Positions 48,708 to 61,200 of a DNA stretch of 64,000 bases are shown here, piece by piece. A program made the translations under genes and the position numbers. Below the pieces are notes generated by a model that worked only from the letters and a program-made list of their open reading frames with translations, did no database searches and was not told the origin of the DNA. Origin of the DNA: Saccostrea echinata. Its lineage: Eukaryota. The stretch is from NCBI RefSeq assembly GCF_033153115.1, contig NW_026889814.1:1736001-1800000 (forward strand). Direction: 5' to 3'. How positions within the stretch are numbered: position 1 is the first letter of the stretch; each line of letters begins with the position of its first letter.

Positions 48708-51700
48708 TATAGACGATAACGGCCAATTAATACCTAAACTGAATGACAAACTGGATGACTTGTGGTTTTCCATTGTCAACATCCCTTATTTATGTGGCAT
48801 ATTCCAGCATCACCTGCATATGGTGTTTATGTCTCCCAATTAATTAGATACGCAAGAGCATGCTCTGAATATGAATATTTTTTACAGCTAGGCAAGCTAC
48901 TGACAAATAAGTTCGCAAATTCTACGGTCGTTATACATGTAATTACCTTGTTTGTAAATACAACCAATCTTTGGGTCGTATTTTATGTAACGTTTCATAT
49001 TATTTGTTAGATCATTGTTTTGTACAAAATTTGGTTATGGAGTACTCCGTATACCTGATCAATACATAGGGCTTACGGCAGGTGTAATCAGTCGACAGGG
49101 GATGCTTACTCCTCCTAGGCACCTGATCCCTCCTCTGGAATTTCCAGGGGTCCGTGTTTTTGCCCTGTTCGCGATTCGTTTTGTTTGGTGGATTTATGAG
49201 ATTAATCTCTGTTCGTTTTCTCCATATTTTACATTCTATTCTCAAAATACTCAGTGCAACATACAGGAACTCGATCAAAGATTGTCGAAGTCGACGTAAT
49301 AAAGAGTACAAGGGTTGTCCAAAATGTGTGGACAATTGCCTTTTGATTCCAATTGAAGTGGCCCAAACAAACACATTGTGTACCAATATGAAAATATTTG
49401 TCATAAAAATCCAAGTTAGAATAGCAAGTTCGGTTTTGATTGTTTCGACTTACTTTTTTGTAAATATTGCCGTCTTTAAAGGTCGTAGAAAGTGCACAAG
49501 GCCAGGGTTGAAATGTTATAAACTCTGTAAAAAGTTTTTGGGTTAAAATGATTTTTTTTTTTTTTTTTTTTTTGTTTTTTTTTATAAAACAAGTTAAAAT
49601 TTGACAAGAAATTATGTCGTATGTAAAGCGGCTGTCATTTTTTGCGACATCTTAATTTATGTAAATTATTTATTATTTATCTATTATATCAAAATATTAT
49701 CGTATACATTTGGTAGTGTAGACATTATATTTTAAGAACACAGTGCATTATGTGTCCACAAAACTATTTGGGCAGTTCTCGTATAAGGAGCTGCACACTT
49801 TGGAGAACGTGGGAGAGAAATGTTCCCTTTCCAAGGTGCTGAGTCGATCTGCACTCTCTTTACCATGGAGCGCTACACTCCTCCCACTTTTAGAAAGGAG
49901 AAGCCCCAACTGTTTACAATAGGACGAACTACGTTGTACAGGTAAGATATATTTCAAAACTTGGCAATGCCTTCCATCAAAAGACACATTACAAGTAACC
50001 CCTATTTATAACAGGTCCCTAATACTGTAACAGTTTACATTCACATCACACTCATCCAACATCCACGTTTTTTACGACACATGAAGAGGTCTATTGTTAT
50101 ATGACTTTCATGTCATCCCAAATGACCGAACAATGACCCACGCATCCCCCAATTAATATTTCTTTACATGAAAACACTACATCAATAAAAGCATAGTGTC
50201 ATACATTGAGATCATACACTTTTTGGGTAAAAAAAATATCAGACGAACTTTGTGGTAAATTATTTTAATTTTTCATTGATAAAACAATCTACAATTTTAC
50301 AAATAATGAAATAAACAATATATAACACACAATGACATAAAACATGTCCATGAAACATCTCTGTCTGAATTTGGTTTTATTTTTATTCTTCAAATCTGTT
50401 TTTCTGCAAACTGTTTGAATAACAAGTGGCAAGTATGCTAAAATGGATATCCATTTCTTCGTTAATACTTTTTAGAAATTTAAATTGAATTGCAAAGGTT
50501 TCTTTTTCCTGATAAACAAGTAGTTTACCAGACAATATGTCTTATAATGTACAGATTTTCACAAATAATTATGGAATGTAAAAATGCCAATATATAATTT
50601 GGGATATAACAATAATTTCAATTATTAAATTAAAAGTATGCAGAAATGGAAAAGTATTGAGAAAGAAAATGTCAGGTACCCATAAAAAAACAGAGTAGTA
50701 AAATTAAATTACCTGGTGCATTATATTTTTCTATACAGGTGTATATAATCACAAGCCCTTATTTAACAAATAAATGAGTATTTCCTCATAGACTTAATTC
50801 ATTAAATTACAAAGCAAACAAACATAACAAAAAATGGATCTCAATTACATGTAGCATAATAAATAATGAATCTAATGTTACATCAATTGTACAGTACTTG
50901 TCATTTCATTGACATGTAGTTGGAATATGTCCATTTTCTGCTTTGCTTACATACTTCTCCAGAGTCGGGTTATATATAAATGTAAAGCAAAACAAGACAG
51001 ATTTAAGTCTTGTTTCTGATTAAAACAATAACCATTAAGTTATAACAAGGGTCAGTGAACCTATGGCCATTTAGTTATGAAAATTTGCTGAAATTTAATA
51101 TATGTAAATTAATTGAACCTGATCATGACTAAAGTAGTATACATGTTCAATATATCACAAAATAATTTAAATTCTTTTCTCACTATCATTTAAAATATTT
51201 TAAGTACTCCTTTTTGAATTAATAAACATGTAACTATATATTTTATAATTTAACAAGAAAAATAAAATTATTGATGAAAATTTACAACCTATGGTTTTGC
51301 AAATTTCACAAGTGCACAATTAAGGAAAAAATGAGCAGTTCAGCTGGAAGACTTTTCATTTACGTCGATATAGGTAACCCTTTTTTCATTTTTTTTCTTT
51401 TACCGAAAAGCATAGAACATGACCAAATATTACACAAAGATGATATTTGACTCATTAAAATATTATATTCATGCAGTGAAATAATGCTCAACAAGGAAAA
51501 ATTGAAAAAAGACATGTGTGCATTACCTCCATGTTGGAAATTTTTGTGTGTAAGAAAAAGTTGTTAATGTAACATTTTCTTTTTACATTTGATCAAAAAC
51601 ATTTCTTTACAAATGGATGGCCAAAACATGTTATAAGCTAAATATTCCTGGTCAAAACAAAAACAGCATAAAATCACTTGAACACAGTTTATGGGAGGAA

Positions 51701-52285
51701 GTTTTAACGATATAGAGCATATGTATTATGCTTAACGTACTTATTTTATGCAAACTATTTGAACACAGATTATATAATTTTAAACATAATGAAAATAAAG
51801 AAATTACCACAATGGCTAAATAGTATTGCTTGATGTTGGACCCAAAAGAATCCATTCACACACAATAAGCCTATAATCCTGGTACGATAAAGTTCAACAA
51901 AAGCACTTTTCTTCGTTACAAATAAATGCACTCTAATAATGTGTTTGTATGGTACCTCACTAATATCATAGTTAGCGATTAGAATTTGTCAATTTGGTAT
52001 AGCATACAAGGGCACAATAGTAAAGTGGACATCTACTGCAGAAAATGGTTTCAGCAGAGGCTGTTTATTTCCAGACTGTAAGTTTGACCTTTTATATATA
52101 TTAAGGTCACAATATAGCTTCAGATCACTACATGGATCCAAATTTTCTGAAAGCCACAGTCATCATGTCTTTCCTCAGTTTTCAGATCAAAATTAACGCA
52201 GTCCAACAGCCAGTACTTGTTCCACACAACCTTATCCTGGTCAAGGTCCTTATCTATTTTTAGATATTTTCAGATATCCCCTGGG

Positions 52286-55200
52286 TCATATCTCCTCCAC
52301 ATATGTAGCGGGAAATATCCCAACTCGTCCTTGTAGCTCCCCCTGCCACCAATCGTCCAACTGTTTATCATATAAATTTATTACATCACCTGTAAAAATG
52401 GTAACCAAAAAAAAAAGACAAATTAATCATCTATTTCATGGAAAAGGGAAAAAATACATGATTTATCATTATGTACAGCCAGTTAAGTACACAAAGTCAA
52501 CTGTTGATACAGTTCTTTTCAAAAAAATCATCAGTTTACTGGTTAATAGCTTTAATTGTGTGAAATGAAATTTTTCAAAAATCAATACACTGTAAGCCTG
52601 AAATTCATATATAAACAGTCGATACCCATAATAATCACTTAATTCATGTGATTAAATACACACCTTTCTTATTACATTTGTACGATTTCTCTGTTGTCAA
52701 TGATTTGTAATTGAAGTGTTTTGTTTATTTTCTATTCTCCCCTATTCTACATTAATTTTTAAAAATATTTTAAGGGTTTTTACTGTACAGTTGACAATCA
52801 CAAATTGAGCATGTAAATGCCCAAATAAACAGAAAATCTGACTACACAAGTCATAATAAATGAAAAACCTTATAATTACAAAACCTTATACAATAATTTC
52901 TATGATACATTGTACATTACATTATTTCACAAAACCTGCCAGTGGATAAACAAAACACCTTACAGGACACAGACATGATGGGAAAGGATACCACAAAATA
53001 CAAAATGTGCCACAAAAGAAGAATCGTGAAGAATAATATTACAGGTACCTATGTTATTACGCTTCTAAAATTTTCACAGAGAAAAAATTCTTCTTAGAAG
53101 AAATAAAACCATTCGCAGATTGTATATACTTGATAGAAAACATGACATAATAATCAAATCATTTTTTTTTTAAAAGTGATATCTAAAGCTTAGCTTTTGA
53201 AATATTTAGTTCATGATATTAAGAAAAAAATTACCGTGTTTAATTGTGAGTTCATCATTCCGATTAGCATCATAATCATACAGGGCTCGACATCGACCGA
53301 TCACATGACTATGATCTGTAAAATCTTCAAACTCGTCATCAGCTGCAAAAAAATTTGACCTTTAATTTCCAAAACATTCAAACATCTTATAACTATATGT
53401 AAAACACAGTCAATGGATAGTATGGTCTTTTACTGGCCAAGTTTTTGTCATCTCAGGATAAAATTCTACTTTGTAAACTTACTGAATATACCATACATCT
53501 AAGGACCTTTTAGACTGATTTTTCAAACAAAATCAAACATGTCCAATTCTGACTTATTCATTTCTGATCACCTTTTGGATAATGGAGAAAAATACAGATC
53601 ATTGACACAATTTTGTTGTATTCTATTTGTAATGGATAAATTAAACATGGTAATTATTGCTTTAAGTTGTACTAAATTTACCAAATGGTTCCTCATATGG
53701 ATCGGACTGTGTTTGATTGGCTAAAGCTCCTACAGTTACCGAAGTAACATCATAGCCTGAATTTCCTTCAAGAGCTATGTTGATTGGTAGTCGCAGGACA
53801 CTGGTTGGAATTCCCTAAAAAAAACACAACCAGTCATTAAGTTACTCTTCATAAACATACACCTGTATCATTACAAATCTGAAATACCCAAGGTACACAT
53901 ATATATGTTGTCCAGGCCTTGGGATCACGAAATAGACAGACGTAAGTCAAAATTTCAATTAATTAAGTATTTGTTAACCAGAACTCTGAACTTACATACA
54001 AAAGCAGTTTGATAATGCAATGTTTATCAGACTGTTTGACTTCTAAATCATTTCAGCACAACATACATATTTTGACTTAAGCTTGAGGTGTTTCATGATC
54101 CCAGGGCCTGGTATGTTTGTTTAAATTAGACCTTACCTGTTTATCTCTGACAGTTTCTATGTATTTGGCAAACTTATGTTCAAGCTTTGGCTGGCATTCT
54201 AGCTTGGCTAACACCGAGGCTATCTTATAATGACTAGCTTCTAGGAAATTCATCATAAACATCACCTAGAAATAAGAAAAAAAAAATTTAATAGCAGATT
54301 GAATCCAATCCATATTGTAGTTGTAACAGACCACAAACTAAAACACAGAGTATGGGGCAGATAATTTCTGTGGATCAAAATTTTAGATGTTGATCTTTTG
54401 AAAGTAGTATAAAAATATTTGTGATATACCGTATATACTCGCCTATAAGTCGGTCCGCCTATAAGTCAGTTGTATTTTTTTAGCTTGAATTAGAGGGACT
54501 GACCCACTAAAATACCAATCTTTTTATAACTTGCGTATAAGTCGGATAAGCAGTTTTGGACCAAAGATTAATTCCCAAATAACCGACTTATAGGCGAGTA
54601 TATACGGTAGAAAATAGGCTATTATGAACATAGCAAATTTGTACATATTTTGCAATTTGTCTGAATACAAATTACTATAAAAGAGACCAAACATGGTAAT
54701 TATGTGGTAGGTACCTCTTACTGTAATTTCACTCAGCTAGACTACACTGAAGTACACTGACCATATGAGCATTCTGGTCATAATAGACTAAATCTTTATA
54801 CACTGACCACATAGAAATTTTACAGACATTAGAGAGCCTGTATTGAGTCCTTGGTCAACACAGACTATTATATTTCTATACTGACAAGTGAGTGATTACA
54901 CTAACCTGGCAGAGTCTTTGTCTGGCGTCCTCTTGTGCATCCTGGTCAGCAAAGTTTGGCCGTTCTTTATAAACCCCTACTAATTTCTCCACTCCTGACC
55001 AAAGAAAAATTAAAAATCATAAACAGAAAAATTAAACATGTCACATGTACAGTGCAGTTTGTCAAGGAAAAAGTCAATCTTTGCTCACTCAAATGTAACT
55101 CCCTATGAATGAATTTATCCTGATATGCAAAAATCCAAATGTTTGGCCGACAGATTACAGATTTTTTAATATACATGTACATGTATCAACATGTGTCTGT

Positions 55201-58200
55201 AAAGTTTGAGTTCACAACTCAGATTAAAACTTTGAGAAAAAAAAGACTGAAAGTGACTCACATATATAAGTTGGAAAATACTCTTACAGCATAATGATTT
55301 TCATTTCCCATGACTTTAAAATATATTGTAAACTTAATGGATATAAAGGATTACGCTAATATTGAAGCAAAATCGTTTGTCCCCAGCACTTTGTTATAAG
55401 TGTGTTTTACTGTGCAAGAATCAAATATATTGATAAATTTTTATTCATTATAAATGTAATTCATAACATTCTTAAGTTTAAATGTTCTTAAACAACAGAT
55501 AATGAAAATCACTTTGTTATTTTTAAAGCCTGAATGCATTATGTGTTTGCTGTAACAGTGTTTAGCTGTACCTTCCTTTCCCTTCTTCTCCCGTTCTAAA
55601 GACTGTCGTAAATATAGAAGGTAGTTCTGTAAGTAGTTCTTTCTCCTCTCCGCATTCATAGTGAATTGTAAGTCTTCTGCCTATAAGTAAAACACAATAC
55701 AGTAACTATAACATATGTTAGTTTAGAACATTTTTATTGATAGTTTGGACTTTAAGATGTCCCTGACCAACAAGATGATAAAGGCCACCTTGTTTATAGA
55801 CACACTGTATGCATCAAATTTCAGGGAAAAAAACATCACTTGCACACAGCGGTATTCATTCTTGAAAAAATTAGGCTCCGAATCTCCTGCAGTGGGTAAG
55901 ATAATTAATGTCTTTTGGAGAAGAAAATTTTCAGAAGTTGTCCCTCTTTGCTCATTCCTTTCTCAGTCTCCATCAAGATAATGTATAGAATCGTAAATAA
56001 AATGTCTTACTGCCTACTGAAACAACACTTCAGATCTGAACAGTACAGGACAAAGGTGAAAAAAAATAGTAGGGAAAAACCCAGAAATTTGTGTCCATCC
56101 AGAGTGATCATTACTACAGGCATCAGCAACTGTCAAGATGGGGGGGGGGGGGGGGGGGTATTTACTTTCTCATTGAGGGGACACCTTTCATAAACCTAAT
56201 AATATCTGTGTTTACTGATGTAGCAGTCTAATATTATATCTGTGTTTACTTAAATAGCTGTCTAATAATATCTGTGTTTACTTAAATAGCTGTCTAATAA
56301 TACATTGTATCTGTTGACTTATGTAGCAGTCTAATAATATCTGTGTTTACTGATGTAGCAGTCTAATAATACCTGTGTTGACTAACGTAGCAGTCTAATT
56401 TATTCTGAGTTTACTTATGTAGCAGTCTAATAATATCTGTGTTTACTTTATGTAGCAGTCTAATAATATCTGTGTTGACTTACGTAGCAGTCTAATAATA
56501 TCTGTTCTGGGGGTGTTCCCTGAGTCCCCCGCTGCTTGGCCACTGCCTTCAGATCCTCCTGGATGTCCACCGATATCACAGACTCGTGTAATTTATCACA
56601 ACTCTGTAATAAACAAATGATATATTTACAGATATCGTAGACTCGTAATTTATCACAACTCTGTAACATATCACAGAATATCACAGATTCTAGTAATTTA
56701 TCATAACTCTGCAATTAAAGAAAAGATAGAGATAAAACTTTATGTACTCCTGTAATCCAGCACAATTCTCCAAAAAACAATTACTCATATCTACTGATAT
56801 CCACATCAATTCTGTCAGATACAAAAAGATATCACTATGTGTTTAATTTTGTTATGCAAGTGTAATTTCTTTCTTTAAGTTCTATGGGTGTTATGTATGA
56901 ATGTAACCTAGCTTTCATTGGAAAACAAGTTCTTCTTTATATTATCATCAAGAGTAAATCTTATTAAAGTACAGTCAAACCTCATGATCGCAAACTCAAT
57001 GGGACCAAGAAAAAACTTTGAGATATCCAGAGATTCCAGATATTGAGGGTAAGATATTTAAAGAATAAGTGGGTTGGGACTTCCAAATCACTTCAACATA
57101 TCCATTGTATTTGAGATATATCGGTGTTTGAGAAACCGAAGTTCAACTGTAGTAAGTAGAAAAAATATTTGCCAACTCACAGTTTGTAAGCGAGGTCCCA
57201 TGACAGAGAGATGACTATTATACTGATTGAGGTAGTCGGCCATCTTGGCTAATCTTTCTTCATCTAAGGTCTGCAGTTGTGCACTTCCCTGTCAATTACA
57301 TGTGCATTGTAAGAAAATTGTATTAAGTAAATAAATAGATATACATTTACACAGTACATACATAATCACTAGAATTTTCTAGACAAAGGAATAAGTTGTC
57401 AATTGAATTCATTTAAATCTGAAAGTCTTCACATCCCTAAAAAGATCAAATTCCTTCACGAATTCATTCAATAATGTGCATAATTTTGATTTGAGTAGGT
57501 ATTCACTGCATATCTCTATCTATAGTTTAAGGTGATCAATGACCATACCCTAAAGAAATCAGTATTGTCTATATATTTTTGCCCTTTCAGTTCAAATTTG
57601 TGAGCAATTTTGCCGGTTTTAAATTCACTCAGTCACAGTTCTGTTTAAAAAATTAAAGTGTGTTCTTTGAATCCTCCTTATTTTAAATTTGCCCACCTGT
57701 GAGTAATGCGAAAAGGGGCAAAAATAAAACCAGGACGAAAATTTTCCTGCACACAGTATGTCATTGAGTGTTCCATCTTTTCATAAGGTTTATGGTTATA
57801 TTCTAACAAATCAACAAGTTATCTCTGATAGTCCCAGTCTTTAACAAAAATAACAGAATCACAGATTCTGACGCTGAATGAAGCACTGATCTGCTCTTGC
57901 AATTTTTAAAATAATTTATGATATTTTTTTAACCTTGACCTTTGAACCTTACCTCGGCGACATTGAACGTCAACTCCTGTCATACTGTTTCTGTTTTTGA
58001 CCCTGACCTTTGAACCTTACCTTGGTAACATTGAACTCCCACTCCTGTCATACTTAGGGCTGTCACGGTTCCAAAATTTTTTGGGTCAGGTTGGTACTGT
58101 AAATTTTTGGTTCAATTTCGGGTTTTTCGGTTTGGTTATTTACATCTATTTTAAGCCTTAAATTCATGAATTTAACTTGAAAAATCCTTGTTACATTAAA

Positions 58201-61200
58201 TTCACCTTGAAAACAAATCTTTACCATGTTAACGTCTTGACATTGATGTTCAAGACTACTAGGCCGACTATTACCTACAACCTGATAATTCTTGCTCGTT
58301 TAGATAATTATCTATTCTAATCCTTCCGTGACAAGTTTTTTATCAGAATGAAGGAGAATTCAGTTGTGATGTTAATTTATCACCTTTATCTTCATCATTC
58401 TTTTGATTTTGAAGCCATTTTTTGTATAAAACAGATTTTTAATATATAAACCAGACCCAAACCAAAATCCGGAAAAATGGAACTGAAACGAACCGAATAA
58501 CTTGGACTGCTGTTTTCGATTATTTCAAGGAACTGTAACAGCCCTAGCCATACTGTCTCTGTTTTTTTACCCTGACCTTTGAACCTTACCTTTGGTGACA
58601 TTTAACTCCCACTCCTGTTGTGTGGTCTCTGTTTTTGAACCTTACCTTGGCGACATTGAATTCCCACTCTTGTCGTGCGGTCTCTGCTTTCTCACAAAGT
58701 TCACAGTAATCCTTATCAGCTTTCCTTAGCTGCTTCCTCATCTGGTCACATTTCTTCTCAATCTAATTAATATGTAATATAAAATCAGATGCAAATCTGC
58801 GATATATTTATATACTAGAATGCATAAAAAAGACGGTGCATAAGGCACTAAAATATGGATTCAGCTAAAGTAATTACACATACACTAGTCATACTAAATA
58901 TTACATAATAAAACTAAAGTAACTGTTATCTCACAAAGATCATTGACCAAATTTCTTGATATGCTGGTTTGAAAGTGAGAAATATTGACCATATTCTACA
59001 TTAGGTAGTAGTTCTGTCTATGCTCCACAAATGCTGGCTGCCTGCTGGCAATGCTGATTTTTGGCTGACTGATACATGCTGACTTGACTTATTCTGATGC
59101 TGATATACATGCTGATGCTTATCAAATGCTAGTGACATAATTAAGACCAGTGTAAATTTACTAATTATGATTTGAATCCTGATCCCAGTCTAACCTTGTG
59201 TTTATCTTTCTCTGTTTTCCCTTTACTGGTATCAGTCCTCAGTTCCTCTCCCTTCTCGCTGTCTTTGGCGTGGACATAACACTGCTTCTTAGCCTAACAA
59301 TAGAGCAAGCACTCATTCAGTCTGGTCAATTCATTAGCCATCAAAAATCCTCTTCATTACAAGTGTCACACAATAAATATAGTTCAAAATGTTCCTCCAC
59401 AATTCAATAAATTAACATGCAGGTTGAGCAGTACATGTACCAACTCAATCCTGGAAACAGAAATACTTTCAGAAGCCTGTATGTCACTTTCTTTTATTGC
59501 TTTAATAATAAATCTTGTATGATGTGAAATTAACTAATCAGGGGGTAAATAGCTCAGTCAAAAAACTCATTTTTTCCCCAATCATACCTTAGTTTCTTCT
59601 GTTCTTCTGTCCGTCAGGGTCTTCAGACTTTTGTCCACTGTTGCCTCTATCTACAAAAGATGCCTTTTTGATAAAGCCAATTATATGTGCCTGACCTGCA
59701 TTTATTTGTACATATAAGAATGGTTTCACAAAGGAAATTAAGTTTTTCCATGGCCATGGGCACTCTAATCTTAATTACAATGACAAACAAAGTTATGAAT
59801 CCTTGAAGAACAGAGTTGTCTTCATTCAACTACGTACAGCACTCACACTCTTGCAGAAAAAAAAAGTTTTTCTGATGCAATCCCCCCTCTCCCCCCTTTC
59901 CAAAAATTCATCTTTATTTTGAGAGGGTCTTTAAATTGCTGTTTTATTGTGATGATTTGCAGAAAAAAAATCTGTTCTGTTATAAACTCACAGGTTTTCT
60001 AGCATTATAGCAATATTCTGGTTCTATTATAAACTCACAGTTTTTTGGCTTTATAGTGATATCCTGGCTCTACTGTAAAATCACAGGTTTTCTGGCTTTT
60101 TAGTGATATTCTGGTTCTACTATAAACCTACCGGTTTTCTGGCTTTATTTTGAGCTTCCACCAGAGATTTTAATGGTTTACTGATCTCCTCAGCCAATGC
60201 CTGACCTAAATTCCTGTAAGAAATAAAAATACTAAATATGCTGCATAAATTGCTTTCCTTGACTTTCCTAGCTTCAGTTGCATCTCTATTGTGATAAAAA
60301 TCTTTAGAAACATCACACTGTGAACTTTGACCCCCTGACCCTTACCTGTGAAGCTCCGCCTCCTGCTCCATGACACTGGCCACTGACCGCCATCCTTCAG
60401 CTAAGGTTCTGACAAACAGACGGACAAAGGAATTAATAAACAAGAATATACATGTAGTAACATCTGATAACTTCATTTTTGTCACCATTCATCATAATTA
60501 ACATCAATGTGCAATTTATTGCAAATTACTGGTATGGTTTTTCTCTATCATTCCCAGCTACCTTATTGGCTCAAACTAGATAACATGATCAAGTATTTTT
60601 TTTTTTAGTATAGATTATATAGGAATCAATTTTTAAAGGACTGGTATAACAATAGTCAATATTGACTGGATTTTTCTAAAAAAAAAAAAAACAACAACTT
60701 GTAATTGAGATGTCATAATGAGTCCGACATAACAATGTTTTAATATATGAGATATTACTCTAAAAAAGAAATGTATATTTTTAAGATACTTTTTCATAAA
60801 TGATATTAAAATATATAAAACAAATGTATACGGTTGGCTTTTTATTTGGAACAATCCTTAGATATAATAGACCTTAGAGAAAAATACATCGACCTCCCAC
60901 TTTCTGCCAAGTTGATATGCTTTAATTCTCTAAGGTTTTTATCTATGGATTGACCTCATCAAAACTCAAAAGGCTATATTTATACATTAAATGTATCTTT
61001 TCTTTAATTTCAAATGTTTAATCCTTTATACCTGAATGAAATTGACAGGGTTTTTTTAATCATCAACAGTATACATGTATAATTATTTTTAGAGCATTTT
61101 TCATCTCTAATTCATTAAAATTTGAATGGAAAATTACTCTTCAACATCATCTGAAAGAGGTCAGATTAATGTACAAAAGGACTCCCTGATATTATACAAT

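Larger units (their letters stand above)
47290..49235 (+). mobile_element. Decayed Penelope-like retroelement (RT remnants) with nested insertions
   Basis: ADKACNNIFFVC, LPCLYWIPKLHKNP, SRSGVNQM*IL..NSKEL, SIKTYD, TIPH, SYLDVLLTIDDNG, PAYGVYVSQLIRYARAC, RKFYGR, with many stops and frameshifts. Confidence 0.82.

Noticed and set aside
53740-53814. Shorter nostrin exon ending at TCG|gtaact
   Set aside because: Phase 0 does not fit the next exon; the donor after 53682 keeps the frame
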